Source of the DNA: Nitrosopumilus sp.
GTDB taxonomy: Archaea; Thermoproteota; Nitrososphaeria; Nitrososphaerales; Nitrosopumilaceae
Reading direction: 5' to 3'
Assembly (NCBI GenBank): GCA_965207075.1
Contig: CBDBLO010000002.1
Location: forward strand, 1,216,001 to 1,280,000
Length of the DNA stretch: 64,000 nt
This document shows positions 54,376-63,617 of this stretch, in pieces (positions within the stretch are counted from its first letter, which is position 1; each line of letters starts with the position of its first letter). The notes beneath the pieces were generated by a model, which had not been told where the DNA came from, did not search any database, and worked only from the letters and a program-made list of their open reading frames with translations. The translations under genes and the position numbers were made by a program.

Positions 54376-56486
54376 GCCGCCGTCCCTTTCTCTGCCGCCG
54401 TAGCCGCCTCCGTCCCTGCAGCCTCCGCGGGCGCGTCCGCGCCGTCCGCGTCCGCGCCAGAGGCCGTACCCCTGTTTCCGCCCTCTTCAACGCCGGCGTT
54501 CTCCGCCGGCGCCGCTCCGTCGTCCTTCACGGCGCTTGTGTTAAAGTAATTCGAGGTCTCCTCCGCCGTCGCCTCGAACTTCAAATATATCGCGTTGTCG
54601 CTGGTCTGCATCATGCCGTATCCCGGACGGAAGTTGACTATGCGCTCCACCTCGCGGTCGGTCAGGTCGAGCGCCGCGCCCGCCAGCCTGGCGGCCGACT
54701 GCGGCATCTGCATGATTATCTTTGTGTCGAACAGCTCGGTAAGCTTGGACGCGTCCGCCAGCGCGCGGTCCATGTCGGAAAACTGCTGCGTGCTTATGGC
54801 CAGTATGAGCGACCGCTTCCTGCCCTCCCTGGACATCTCGCCTATCTTCTGCGTGCTCTGCTGCATCTTGGTCACGCGCCACGCCTCGTCGAGAAGTATG
54901 ATCTTCCACAGCCGGTCGGGCAGTTCGTTCACCCGCCGCCACGCGTACGCCAGCACGAGCATGATGAGCAGCCCCTCGTATTCCTGGTTCTCCGTCTTCT
55001 TCAGGGATATGATCATGTGGTCGGAGAACCGGGGCTCCCCCTTGAACACCTCGGCCACGCTGCCCTGCACGAGGTCGGCCAGGTACCCCTTTGCGGCGGA
55101 CGAGCTCTTCTCGTGCAGGTCCGCTATGGATTTTACGGAGTCGCATATGCTCCTCCACTCCTTCCGCACCGTGTCGGGCGCGCCGGTCGCCGAGCCCAGC
55201 AGGTCTGCCGCCTCCACGGGCTTGTCGAACAGGGCGAACGGGTCCAGGCCGAACTGCTTGCCGGCCTCCACCTCGATGGTGTCCAGTCCGAAGTATTCGG
55301 CATGCGGCAGGTACTCGCCCTGCGGGTCGATGACCGTGCACGGGGTGCGCGGACGGTTCTCCAGGAAGCGCTTGAGGAAGATCTTGTTCGTGAACGACTT
55401 GCCGGAGCCGGGCTGCCCGCACGTGAATATGTTGTGGTTCTTGCGCAGGTTCACGTCGTATATGACGGGGCCGTTGGTGTCTTGGTTGCGGCCGAGGAGT
55501 ATGCCGTTTGGCGCCTCCAGCATGTCCGCGCTTGCAAACGGGTAGAGCACGTGCATGCTGTCTATGGAGCCGAGCCACGACGCGCCCTCGCCCCCCTCGA
55601 CCATCCGGCGCTGCATGCCGTACGACGACGTTATGCGCACGTTCATCGCGGCCACGTTCCGCCTCACCTCCTTGTTGATCTTCAGCAGTTCCTTGCGCGT
55701 CCTTGCAAAGACAAAGCCGTTCACGATGAACGTGAACGCCGACGTGTTGCCAAGCTCGAGGTTCTTCTTCAGTGTGCGTATGTCGGCCAGCTTCTTCTGG
55801 ATGTCTGCCTTTGTTGTCTTCACGCCGCTGTACAGCAGTTCGCGGTTCTCCATCTTGCGCATGGCGTTGTCCGGACGGATGGGCGTCACGTGCACCTGCA
55901 GGCGGTGGAACGTGCGGAACACGCTGTGCACCCAGGCGGGCGTCAGGTACGTGGGCGCGCCGTATATCGTGTACGCCCTGCCGTACAGTTCCTGTCCGTC
56001 CACCACGCACTTGAAGTCGCGTATGCCCTGGGACAGCACCTTCAAGGCCGGGCGGGGGGCCTCGTCGATGGTATAGTTGAAGCCGAGCCGCTCAAGCGTG
56101 TCGTCAAGCGACTCCGACGAGTCGAGCTGCACGCGGACGATCTCCATGTTGCTCTCCGTCGCGCCGTCCCCGCCACCGGATTCCTTGCCGTCGGAATCCT
56201 TGCCGTCCTTGGAACCGTCATCCTTCACGCCGCCGCCACCGCCGCGCCCGCCCATCCGCACGGTAACCGGCACCTTTTCAAGCGTTATGGTCGCGGCGCC
56301 TTGTAGCATGCGCAGCAGGTCGAAAAAGTCGGCCAGCTTGCGTTTCTGCTTCTCCTCCGGCAGTATGAGAAAGTTGCTCGGCGTGATCGTGTAGGCGTGC
56401 CCGTATTCGGGCGGCGGGACCTCGCCGCATACGTACCTGAGTACCTTGTCCAGCATGCCGCCCTTCTTCTTCTTCCCAGTAGCCAC
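54372..56486 (-). CDS. VirB4-like conjugation ATPase
   Basis: PSNF, YPF..., GILLG, NHN..GQPGSGKS, IDPQGEY, LDEAW, REGRK, TQ. Confidence 0.88.
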   Translation of the reverse strand: MATGKKKKGGMLDKVLRYVCGEVPPPEYGHAYTITPSNFLILPEEKQKRKLADFFDLLRMLQGAATITLEKVPVTVRMGGRGGGGGVKDDGSKDGKDSDGKESGGGDGATESNMEIVRVQLDSSESLDDTLERLGFNYTIDEAPRPALKVLSQGIRDFKCVVDGQELYGRAYTIYGAPTYLTPAWVHSVFRTFHRLQVHVTPIRPDNAMRKMENRELLYSGVKTTKADIQKKLADIRTLKKNLELGNTSAFTFIVNGFVFARTRKELLKINKEVRRNVAAMNVRITSSYGMQRRMVEGGEGASWLGSIDSMHVLYPFASADMLEAPNGILLGRNQDTNGPVIYDVNLRKNHNIFTCGQPGSGKSFTNKIFLKRFLENRPRTPCTVIDPQGEYLPHAEYFGLDTIEVEAGKQFGLDPFALFDKPVEAADLLGSATGAPDTVRKEWRSICDSVKSIADLHEKSSSAAKGYLADLVQGSVAEVFKGEPRFSDHMIISLKKTENQEYEGLLIMLVLAYAWRRVNELPDRLWKIILLDEAWRVTKMQQSTQKIGEMSREGRKRSLILAISTQQFSDMDRALADASKLTELFDTKIIMQMPQSAARLAGAALDLTDREVERIVNFRPGYGMMQTSDNAIYLKFEATAEETSNYFNTSAVKDDGAAPAENAGVEEGGNRGTASGADADGADAPAEAAGTEAATAAEKGTAA

Positions 56487-56552
56487 AAAAGCAGGATTCG
56501 CGGCGGTTTTTAAGGCGGCCGCGGCTTAAATCAGACCCGCCGCCCGCATGTC

Positions 56553-56990
56553 ATGAGCCCGTGGTATCACCCCCGATTCTACCACGTGTGGCTGCCGGGC
56601 GACAGGGCCAAGGAAATCCTCGACGAGCTGGCCGACAGGAGGGCCGACAAGGGGCGCCGCAAGGTCGTATACCTGGAGACTCGGGGCAGCAAGCTGGCCG
56701 CCGTGATCGAGTGCGACATGGGTTATACGCCGCGCGCCTGGCGGCGGCTGCGCAAAGGCTTCTGCCTGGGGTACCTGTGCCGCCCCGCCTCCGAGCGCCG
56801 CGACGTCATGCGGTACGCCTGCCTGCTTGCAGAGGAGGGGCGCATGCCGTGGGAGGTCGCCGGTCCCGCCCGGCTGATGCCCGAACTGAGGCGGGAGCGC
56901 GCCGCGGTAATGCACGAGCGCGCGGAGCACCTGCGCACCGCGCGGGACGACGGATGGGACATAGACGTGCCGGAGGCCGTTCTGCCATGA
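56553..56990 (+). CDS. Hypothetical protein
   Basis: TTAAAT ~22 nt upstream; ATGA coupling to next gene. Confidence 0.6.
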   Translation: MSPWYHPRFYHVWLPGDRAKEILDELADRRADKGRRKVVYLETRGSKLAAVIECDMGYTPRAWRRLRKGFCLGYLCRPASERRDVMRYACLLAEEGRMPWEVAGPARLMPELRRERAAVMHERAEHLRTARDDGWDIDVPEAVLP

Positions 56991-57379
56991 CGCCCTCGTG
57001 CGAAGAGTACGCCCCCCGGTGGGCCGGACTGCTGCAGTCCGCAGTCAACATCCGCGACGATCTGGGCGTGATGCCGACCGTCCGCCACCTGTGGCTCGCA
57101 GGACTGGCCTCGGACTGGCTGACGTCGCCGGTAACGGAGATACTGGGCCGCCAGCTGTGGCCCGCCCGCGTGCGCGGCAGGGACGTCCCGGCATACCTGT
57201 CGTTTGACTGGTGGTCCATGGGGAAGAGGTTCGCCGACACCGTGCGGGAGAAGCGGTACATCGGCGCGGCCGGGGTGCTCGACAGGTTTGCCGAAGGGCT
57301 GAACGACGGCGTGGTGGCGGCGGAGCGCGGAGAGATCGTGAAGGCCTTGGCAGACGGCGGCAGGACGGCCGTCAGTTAG
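56987..57379 (+). CDS. Hypothetical protein
   Basis: ATGA overlap start. Confidence 0.6.
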   Translation: MTPSCEEYAPRWAGLLQSAVNIRDDLGVMPTVRHLWLAGLASDWLTSPVTEILGRQLWPARVRGRDVPAYLSFDWWSMGKRFADTVREKRYIGAAGVLDRFAEGLNDGVVAAERGEIVKALADGGRTAVS

Positions 57380-57416
57380 TACCGGCGCCTGCCGGACTGC
57401 CCGGGCGGCTTGCTGG

Positions 57417-57508
57417 TAGGTAGATTAATCGGTAATGTAGACTAATAGGTAGACTGCCGCAAAGCCGGCAATAGGTAAAGTCAGCAGATAGGTAAATTGA
57501 TAGGTTAG
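57417..57508 (+). repeat. Five direct TAGGTA(G/A)A-like repeats between convergent genes
   Basis: 57417, 57446, 57472, 57489, 57501. Confidence 0.7.
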
Positions 57509-57864
57509 GCGCCGTCCTCGCCGACATACCATCCGGCGAGCGGCTGCCGCATGGCGTGCTCCCAGTCCGCAAGCGGCACGACCCAGCCCGGCACGGTGCT
57601 CCGGCCGTCATCCAGCCGTTCGTCGTACACGTCGGCAGCACGAGCCCCCGGCGACTTTCTGCAGAGTCCCGTGATCGTCTTGTTGACCGCGTCGCGCACG
57701 TCCGCCGGCAGCCCCGCCCGCATGTATGACGAATATGTCCGCGGGACCTCAACGTACGTGGTCCCGCGCAGAGTGGCGCAGCGGAAGTTCGGAGCCACGT
57801 CGGAGAGGCGCATCTGGCGGCGGCCCGGTTTGTATTGCGGCGTCGGTTCCTTTGGCATGCCCAA
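57505..57864 (-). CDS. Hypothetical protein
   Basis: 119-aa ORF with plausible composition. Confidence 0.5.
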   Translation of the reverse strand: MGMPKEPTPQYKPGRRQMRLSDVAPNFRCATLRGTTYVEVPRTYSSYMRAGLPADVRDAVNKTITGLCRKSPGARAADVYDERLDDGRSTVPGWVVPLADWEHAMRQPLAGWYVGEDGA

Positions 57865-57986
57865 CCGGCGCGTCAGTCTAATAAGTACGGATCCCGTTTG
57901 GCCGTGGCCGGGAAACCTGCCGGCCGGCCGTCAGGCCCTTGTGTCATGCGCGCGCCTGTCGGCCACCTTGTGCGTCGGCGCCCGCG

Positions 57987-58139
57987 TTATTTTTTGCCTC
58001 CGAAAAGGTGCGCGCGCAGTATGTAGTTCGCCTCGCCCGAGTTCGACCTGCCATGTTCATCTGCCCGCCTGTCGAGCTCCTCGAAGACGTCATCTTCCAG
58101 CGAGAAACTGTGGACATTCTTGGTCTTGCCCTTTGCCAT
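57987..58139 (-). CDS. Ribbon-helix-helix (Arc/FitA-like) DNA-binding protein, 50 aa
   Basis: HSFSLEDDVFEELDRRADEHGRSNSGEANYILR; not in ORF track; AT-rich promoter at 58160-58187. Confidence 0.8.
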   Translation of the reverse strand: MAKGKTKNVHSFSLEDDVFEELDRRADEHGRSNSGEANYILRAHLFGGKK

Positions 58140-58237
58140 GCACCACGTACGGACTGGTACTATTTATTTCTAATAATTCCTAATAGCTATCCCGTTCCTG
58201 CCGCGCGGCGGACTGGCCGGAGTTAAAAGATTCCCGC

Positions 58238-59536
58238 ATGGTTTACAGCATGACCGCGCTGCAGACCATATACACGGGCGATGTCATGGAACAGATCGCC
58301 CGCATCCCCGACTGTTCCGTGGACGTGGTCTTCACGTCGCCTCCGTACTTTGCGCTGCGCGACTACGACACGAAGGAGCAATGGGGGCTTGAACCGACCA
58401 TCCGCGAGTACCTGGACAAGCTGATGTCCCTGATGCGCGAGTGCCGCCGCGTGCTCAAGCCGGCGGGTAACATCTGGGTCAACCTGGGGGACACGTACGC
58501 GACGAGCGCCAAGTACGGGGTGCGGCGCAAGTCCCTCATGGGCATACCGGAGCGGTTTTTTGTCCGCGCGATAGACGACGGTTTTGCCTGCCGGAACAAG
58601 GACGTCTGGCAGAAGGCCAACCCCACCCCGTCGTCGGCCTGGGACCGCCTCACCAACACCTACGAGCCGGTGTTCTTCTTCTCCATATCGGACGCGTATT
58701 TCTTCGACCTGACGCCGGTCCGCGTCGAGGCCAAGACCGAGGCCCGCCCGTTCAACATCCGGGTGAGGGAGGCGCGAAAGCCGGGGGCGAGGCAGGCCAA
58801 ACTGATCCCGGAGCTGTCCCCGGAGGAGGACGCGCAGTACGACCGGCAGGGCGTGCGCAGGAGCGGAAGGCGCGCAAACAACCCCGCCCTCAACAACCGC
58901 AACTTCAAGGAGATCAAGGAGAAGTACGGCTACCTGCCCGGGTCCAACACCGCCAGGCTGCACCGCGCCAGGCCGGGCAACCCCAACCACGTGTGCAAGA
59001 GTTCCGGCTGTCTGCGCAACACCGGCAGCGTCAGAAAGCACGATGGCGTGCTGGGCGGGTACCTCGCCGACCCCATCCCCATGGCCGGCGGGCGCCCCCG
59101 CGGAAAGAATCCCGGCGACATCGTGTCGCTGCCGCACCAGCCCCTCAAGTACGATCACTTTGCAGCGTTCCCCGTGGGGCTCCCGCTCCACTTCCTGCCG
59201 GCCGCGTGCCCGCGCTGGGTCTGCAGGGAGTGCGGGCGGCCGAGGATGCCGCGCGACGGGCTGGACACGCATTCCGGGGGGCGCACCGTGTACAGGTGCA
59301 CCGTGTACACGCCGCTGTGCAAGTGCGGCGCCGGCTGGGAGCCCGGCATCGTACTGGACCCGTTTGCCGGCGCGGGCACCACCATGGTGGCGGCCAAGCG
59401 GCTGGGCTTCCGCTACTGCGGCATCGAGATCAACCCAAAGTACGTCCGCACAATCAGGCGCCGGCTGGCCGAGACCGAGGAGCCGCCGCCCATACCGCCG
59501 CCGGCGCCGTCGCGCGACGCCGAAGGGGAGCGGTAG
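58238..59536 (+). CDS. DNA amino-methyltransferase (N4-C/N6-A, beta class)
   Basis: GD, FTSPPY, RVLK..G.IWVNLGD, HFAAFP, VLDPFAGAGTT, GIEIN. Confidence 0.92.
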   Translation: MVYSMTALQTIYTGDVMEQIARIPDCSVDVVFTSPPYFALRDYDTKEQWGLEPTIREYLDKLMSLMRECRRVLKPAGNIWVNLGDTYATSAKYGVRRKSLMGIPERFFVRAIDDGFACRNKDVWQKANPTPSSAWDRLTNTYEPVFFFSISDAYFFDLTPVRVEAKTEARPFNIRVREARKPGARQAKLIPELSPEEDAQYDRQGVRRSGRRANNPALNNRNFKEIKEKYGYLPGSNTARLHRARPGNPNHVCKSSGCLRNTGSVRKHDGVLGGYLADPIPMAGGRPRGKNPGDIVSLPHQPLKYDHFAAFPVGLPLHFLPAACPRWVCRECGRPRMPRDGLDTHSGGRTVYRCTVYTPLCKCGAGWEPGIVLDPFAGAGTTMVAAKRLGFRYCGIEINPKYVRTIRRRLAETEEPPPIPPPAPSRDAEGER

Positions 59537-59644
59537 ACGACAGGTTTCTGCCGCAATGCCGCCCGCCTTTAAAATGTCACGATGGTGTGCCGGCATGACG
59601 CGTTCTCGTGCCGCCGCCCCGGGCTGCCGAATGGAGATGAGCAG

Positions 59645-59983
59645 ATGAGCGCCATCTGCGGTCCGGCCTGCCAGTCCTGCCAGTTCTACTCGGCGGAGAC
59701 CCGGTACGCCGGCAAGCTGCTGTGCAAGGTATGCGCGGGAGCCCAGCGGTCGGCCGCCGCGCAGATGGGGCGCGCCAAGCGGACGCTTCCCGCCAACCCC
59801 TGCACGTGCAAACGCTCGTGGGAGTCCAGGCCGGACAGGCCGAAGACCGCGGTGAAGTGCCGCATGTGCGGCAGGTGGCATCCGCGCATCTACGTGTTTA
59901 TCACCGGCATATGCCGCACGTGCTGGCGCGCGGTAGAACGCGAACTCGGCAAGAGGCGGGGTAAAACCCGCAGGAGGACGTGA
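59645..59983 (+). CDS. Multi-Zn-finger protein
   Basis: CKVC..CTC..CRMC..CRTC. Confidence 0.6.
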   Translation: MSAICGPACQSCQFYSAETRYAGKLLCKVCAGAQRSAAAQMGRAKRTLPANPCTCKRSWESRPDRPKTAVKCRMCGRWHPRIYVFITGICRTCWRAVERELGKRRGKTRRRT

Positions 59984-59984
59984 C

Positions 59985-60131
59985 ATGCTGAGGTGCTCCA
60001 AGTGCCACCACGAGTGGGACGACCATTACGTGAGCGACTACGGGACGGTGCTGTGCAACGCCGCGTCCGACAACGGAGTGACCGGGTGCCAGTGCGAGAC
60101 GCAGCTGGAGAACGAGGAGGCCGGCGACTGA
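59985..60131 (+). CDS. CxxCxHxxxxH...CxC microprotein
   Basis: CSKCHHEWDDH...GCQC. Confidence 0.65.
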   Translation: MLRCSKCHHEWDDHYVSDYGTVLCNAASDNGVTGCQCETQLENEEAGD

Positions 60132-60238
60132 TGTCAACCAGGACAACAGGATGCGACGTGTGCGGCGCCACGTACGTTACGGACGACCTGACTCAGCTGC
60201 TGTGTCCCAAGTGCAGGAAGGAGACCGCCGAAGAATGA
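60131..60238 (+). CDS. 35-aa Zn-ribbon peptide
   Basis: CDVCG...LCPKC. Confidence 0.6.
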   Translation: MSTRTTGCDVCGATYVTDDLTQLLCPKCRKETAEE

Positions 60239-60657
60239 GCCGCTCGTACAAGGCGGCGCGCAAGGCCCGCCGCAAGAACACCAAGGACACCAAGGACACC
60301 AAGTTCCGCGCGTCGTCCGCGAACACACACGTGTTCGGCGTCCGCACGCTAAAGGACGGCGTGGAGGTCTTCCTGTCCCGGTACATGAAGTACTATACGG
60401 AGATACGCAAGGAGGGCGTCAACAAGGAGTTCGCCCACCAGCTCGCAATGCTGGCGATTTCCATCACCAAGGCGGTGGAGGGCGTCCACGACCGGTACCC
60501 CGTGCAGGGCAACGCCCAGAACATGGTCAACATGTGCACCGAGATGTGGTTCGCCGTCAATGATCCCGAATATCAGGAGGCGGTGCAAAGCAACACTGTC
60601 GACGAGCTGCTCCGAAGGCGGGCGGAAGAGGAGGAGGAGATGGTGGTGGAGGAATGA
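60235..60657 (+). CDS. Helical hypothetical protein
   Basis: ATGA overlaps both ends. Confidence 0.65.
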   Translation: MSRSYKAARKARRKNTKDTKDTKFRASSANTHVFGVRTLKDGVEVFLSRYMKYYTEIRKEGVNKEFAHQLAMLAISITKAVEGVHDRYPVQGNAQNMVNMCTEMWFAVNDPEYQEAVQSNTVDELLRRRAEEEEEMVVEE

Positions 60658-61022
60658 AGCCCTGTATACTGTGCGGACTGCCGACGGGCCGCGAGTGGAC
60701 TCCACCGCACGCGCCGGGACACCGCGTCGCGCTCTGCATCGCCTGCCACAAGCAAATCTCGGCGGCCGCCAACACCTGCGGTGTCGTCCTTCCGGACAAC
60801 TACGACGGACCCATCGGCATCGACGACCGTAACAAGTGCGTCATGTGCAACAAGGAGGCGGAGGGGCTGATATACCGGTGCAAGTGCTCCGAACACTGCT
60901 GCATTCGCCTCTGCATGAACTGCAGAAACAACCGGATGCACATCCACAACAAGATCGGGCACTTCATCAAACACTACGATGTCGAGGGGGACGGTCGCGG
61001 ACTGCCGGAGAGGGTGGAGTAA
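60654..61022 (+). CDS. Double Zn-finger protein
   Basis: CILC..LCIACH; CVMC..LCMNC. Confidence 0.65.
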   Translation: MKPCILCGLPTGREWTPPHAPGHRVALCIACHKQISAAANTCGVVLPDNYDGPIGIDDRNKCVMCNKEAEGLIYRCKCSEHCCIRLCMNCRNNRMHIHNKIGHFIKHYDVEGDGRGLPERVE

Positions 61023-61178
61023 ATGTCAAAGCACGCCGACATCCCGGCCAACAGAATCAAGTGCGCGGTCTGCCAGCACGAGAGCCGGAGCCACCACCCT
61101 GGAGGCTGCTGGGAACAGGGCTGCAACTGCCGCGGGTTCAAATCGCCCCTACGGACGCTGGAGGAGGCGACGGAATGA
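61023..61178 (+). CDS. CxxCxHxxxxH...CxCxxF microprotein
   Basis: CAVCQHESRSH..GCNCRGF. Confidence 0.7.
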   Translation: MSKHADIPANRIKCAVCQHESRSHHPGGCWEQGCNCRGFKSPLRTLEEATE

Positions 61179-61480
61179 CGCGCGGCCTCATCGTCCTCCA
61201 TCCTTACGCCACACAAATCATCACCGGCGACAAGACGGAGGAGTACCGTGACCGCCCGCCGCCCCCAGGGGTCATAGGCTCGACCATCTACCTGCTGTCA
61301 GGCGGATACGCCCTCGGCAGGATCAAGATCACGTGGGCGGAGCCCGGCATCTGGCACGTCCGCGTCGTGGAAAGGTTCGATACCCCGCGCAAGTACGAGC
61401 ACCCGAATGGCGCCCAGGTGTGGGTGCGGGACGTGCGGTTCGACCCGCAGCCCACGCTCGACGGGAGGAATGCATCGTGA
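61175..61480 (+). CDS. ASCH-domain protein
   Basis: L....PYA..I..GDKTEEYR; G.IW-like C-terminus. Confidence 0.85.
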   Translation: MTRGLIVLHPYATQIITGDKTEEYRDRPPPPGVIGSTIYLLSGGYALGRIKITWAEPGIWHVRVVERFDTPRKYEHPNGAQVWVRDVRFDPQPTLDGRNAS

Positions 61481-61596
61481 ACTGCAACAACTGCGATGCC
61501 GAGGGCACTGCTGAGAATGTCTGCCCCATGTGCAACGAGTCGTTCTGCGACGACTGCGAGCATTCCCACGGGTGCGACTTGGAGGACTACTGGTGA
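61477..61596 (+). CDS. AN1/B-box-like Zn peptide
   Basis: CNNC..CPMC..FCDDC.H.H.C. Confidence 0.65.
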   Translation: MNCNNCDAEGTAENVCPMCNESFCDDCEHSHGCDLEDYW

Positions 61597-61748
61597 TGGC
61601 GCCCGGCAAGAGGCGCGGCCTCGTCAGCTGCGATGCCTGCGGCAGGCGCATCAAACCTAACCCCGAAAGGACCAGCGGACCGGGCTCAGCCTACCCGGAC
61701 AAATACTATTGCTCTCCGTGCTGGAAGTACTGGGAGGAGGGTGACTGA
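61596..61748 (+). CDS. Zn-finger microprotein
   Basis: CDACGRRI...YYCSPC. Confidence 0.65.
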   Translation: MAPGKRRGLVSCDACGRRIKPNPERTSGPGSAYPDKYYCSPCWKYWEEGD

Positions 61749-61891
61749 TGCCCGCCCCGGATACCATCCCCTGCCTCTCCTGCGGCCACTCCCAGGACGG
61801 CCACGAGAAACCACGGAGCTGCACGAGCCTGACTCCATGTAAGACCGCCGGCTGCTTCTGCACGCGGTACAAAGGGGGACGGGCTGGCTGA
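61748..61891 (+). CDS. CxxCxHxxxxH...CxC microprotein
   Basis: CLSCGHSQDGH...GCFCTRY. Confidence 0.7.
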   Translation: MPAPDTIPCLSCGHSQDGHEKPRSCTSLTPCKTAGCFCTRYKGGRAG

Positions 61892-62442
61892 CCGACAGCA
61901 ACAGGACCCGCCGGAAGCGCGGGTACGAATACGAGAAGAGTCTGGCGCTCCGGCTCAACAAGGTACCCGGGTGCCGCGCCTACAGGTTGGGCGGGACGCA
62001 GGTGGAACTGCCCGACGTGCTGTGCGTCAACAATATCACGGGTGAGATGGCCGCCATCGAGTGCAAGACCGGCGGCAACGGCCGGCTGTACGTACCGCGC
62101 GATCAAATAGAGAGATGCCGCAGCTGGACCGACGCTCTGCGGGCGTACGGCCGCCGGCACGTCATAGTCGCGTTCAGGTTCCACTCAAAGCGCGGGCGCG
62201 GGAAGACCAGGCGCGATGTAAGGGAGTACCTCTTCCAGTTGCACGACGAAGTCACGCGCGACGTGCGCTGCTCCTATGACGGCACGTTATACATGCGCGA
62301 CTGCGACGGAAATGAGGGCGACTGCGGCTGGACTGTGATATGCTCCCCCGCGGGGGCCGTACAACTGGCGCTGGCCGACAGGGTGCCCGCCCCTGGCGCG
62401 GGGGGGCTGGCCATGTGCGAATCCGCCCCGCCTGTACGCTAG
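61888..62442 (+). CDS. hjc: Archaeal Holliday junction resolvase (Hjc-type PD-(D/E)xK), probable CTG start
   Basis: RKRGYEYE, LPDV, AIECKT; the conserved N-terminus lies upstream of the ORF-track start. Confidence 0.82.
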   Translation: MTDSNRTRRKRGYEYEKSLALRLNKVPGCRAYRLGGTQVELPDVLCVNNITGEMAAIECKTGGNGRLYVPRDQIERCRSWTDALRAYGRRHVIVAFRFHSKRGRGKTRRDVREYLFQLHDEVTRDVRCSYDGTLYMRDCDGNEGDCGWTVICSPAGAVQLALADRVPAPGAGGLAMCESAPPVR

Positions 62443-62479
62443 CCCGCCGCAGTGACATCTGAGGGCGGGCGTCAGAAAA

Positions 62480-62532
62480 TTCCTGCTAATTGATTAAGCG
62501 GAACAAATTCTTTCCTGCTAATCGATTAGCGG
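62480..62532. repeat. Two direct copies of a palindromic site at the putative element border
   Basis: TTCCTGCTAATTGATTAAGCGG and TTCCTGCTAATCGATTAGCGG; perfect palindrome GCTAATCGATTAGC. Confidence 0.7.
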
Positions 62533-62885
62533 TAATTTTCTCCCGTCCGCGCTGTTCCTGCAGATGTCAGGCGTCATTCCAGACTGCGGTGTCTCATCGA
62601 AACCTTAATTATCGGCGTACTCCTACGTTTGGTCAAATCTAAAAAGCATGGAATAAACCAACTAATCCTATTGGATTCGCTGGGGGACTGGCCGGCGCCC
62701 CGTGGCCTCCCTGCCTTCTTGACGCGCCTCTGATCCCGTGACGCGGCCACGCGTGAGTGCTGCCCTCCTGCAGCCGCTGGCGTCGACGGCGGACACTCCT
62801 GAGGTTTTCCGATGGCGCGGTTTTTGTTGCCTGCCGTCCTGCCGCGGGCAAACATCTTATTTGCGCGCCACGACGGCCTGGTTGA

Positions 62886-63617
62886 ATGGGCAAAAAGGAG
62901 GCCACGCGGGGCCGCAAGGTGTTTGCGGTGGACATTGACGGCACCATAACCGAGAACGGAGGCGGGCGCATACACCTGGGCGCCATGTCTGCCCTGAGGC
63001 GCCTGGAGGAGTGCGGGCACACCGTGATATTCGTGACCGGGCGCTCGTCGGTGGAGGGGTTCGTACTGTCGGTCTTTGGGGGCACCACCAACATTGCCGT
63101 GGGGGAGAACGGCGGCTGCATAACGGACGGGCCCGACAGCCACATACTGGTAGGCGACAGGGCCGAGTGCGAGGCGGCCTTTGACGCCATACGGCAGGAG
63201 ATCCCGGATGCGCGCAAAAAGCCGGTATTTCCACGCATGACGGAGGTGGTGCTGGAGCGCACGTTTGAGGTGGACATGGCGGTAAGAGTGCTTGAGCGTC
63301 GCGGCATGAGCGCGAGGCTTTCTGACAGCCAGTACGCGTACCACATCAACTCGCCGGGGGTCGACAAGGGGACGGGGTTCAGGCGCGTGGCGGAGATGCT
63401 GTCCGTGTCAAGAGACGACGTAATTGCCATAGGGGACAGCGCCACTGACGTCCCGCTGTTCGGGGAGGCCGGCACGAGCATAGCGCTCGCAAACGCGTCT
63501 GACAGCGTAAAGGATAAGGCTACAATGACCACGATGTCGGGCGCCGGCGACGGGGTGCTAGAGGCCTTGGACAAATTGGCCCCCGGAATACTCTCGGTGA
63601 CGGGAAGGCGGCGGTGA
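62886..63617 (+). CDS. HAD IIB phosphoglycolate phosphatase (TA0175/SPP-like)
   Basis: DIDGTIT, VTGR, ENGG, DKG, IGDSATD, ANA. Confidence 0.9.
   Translation: MGKKEATRGRKVFAVDIDGTITENGGGRIHLGAMSALRRLEECGHTVIFVTGRSSVEGFVLSVFGGTTNIAVGENGGCITDGPDSHILVGDRAECEAAFDAIRQEIPDARKKPVFPRMTEVVLERTFEVDMAVRVLERRGMSARLSDSQYAYHINSPGVDKGTGFRRVAEMLSVSRDDVIAIGDSATDVPLFGEAGTSIALANASDSVKDKATMTTMSGAGDGVLEALDKLAPGILSVTGRRR

Noticed and set aside
57939-58226. Plus-strand 95-aa ORF
   Set aside because: Overlaps a clear minus-strand RHH gene with its own promoter.
62440-62885. att site duplicating the 3' end of tRNA-Arg or tRNA-Met
   Set aside because: Best match noticed is ~9 nt (GTCCTGCCG), insignificant at this GC content.
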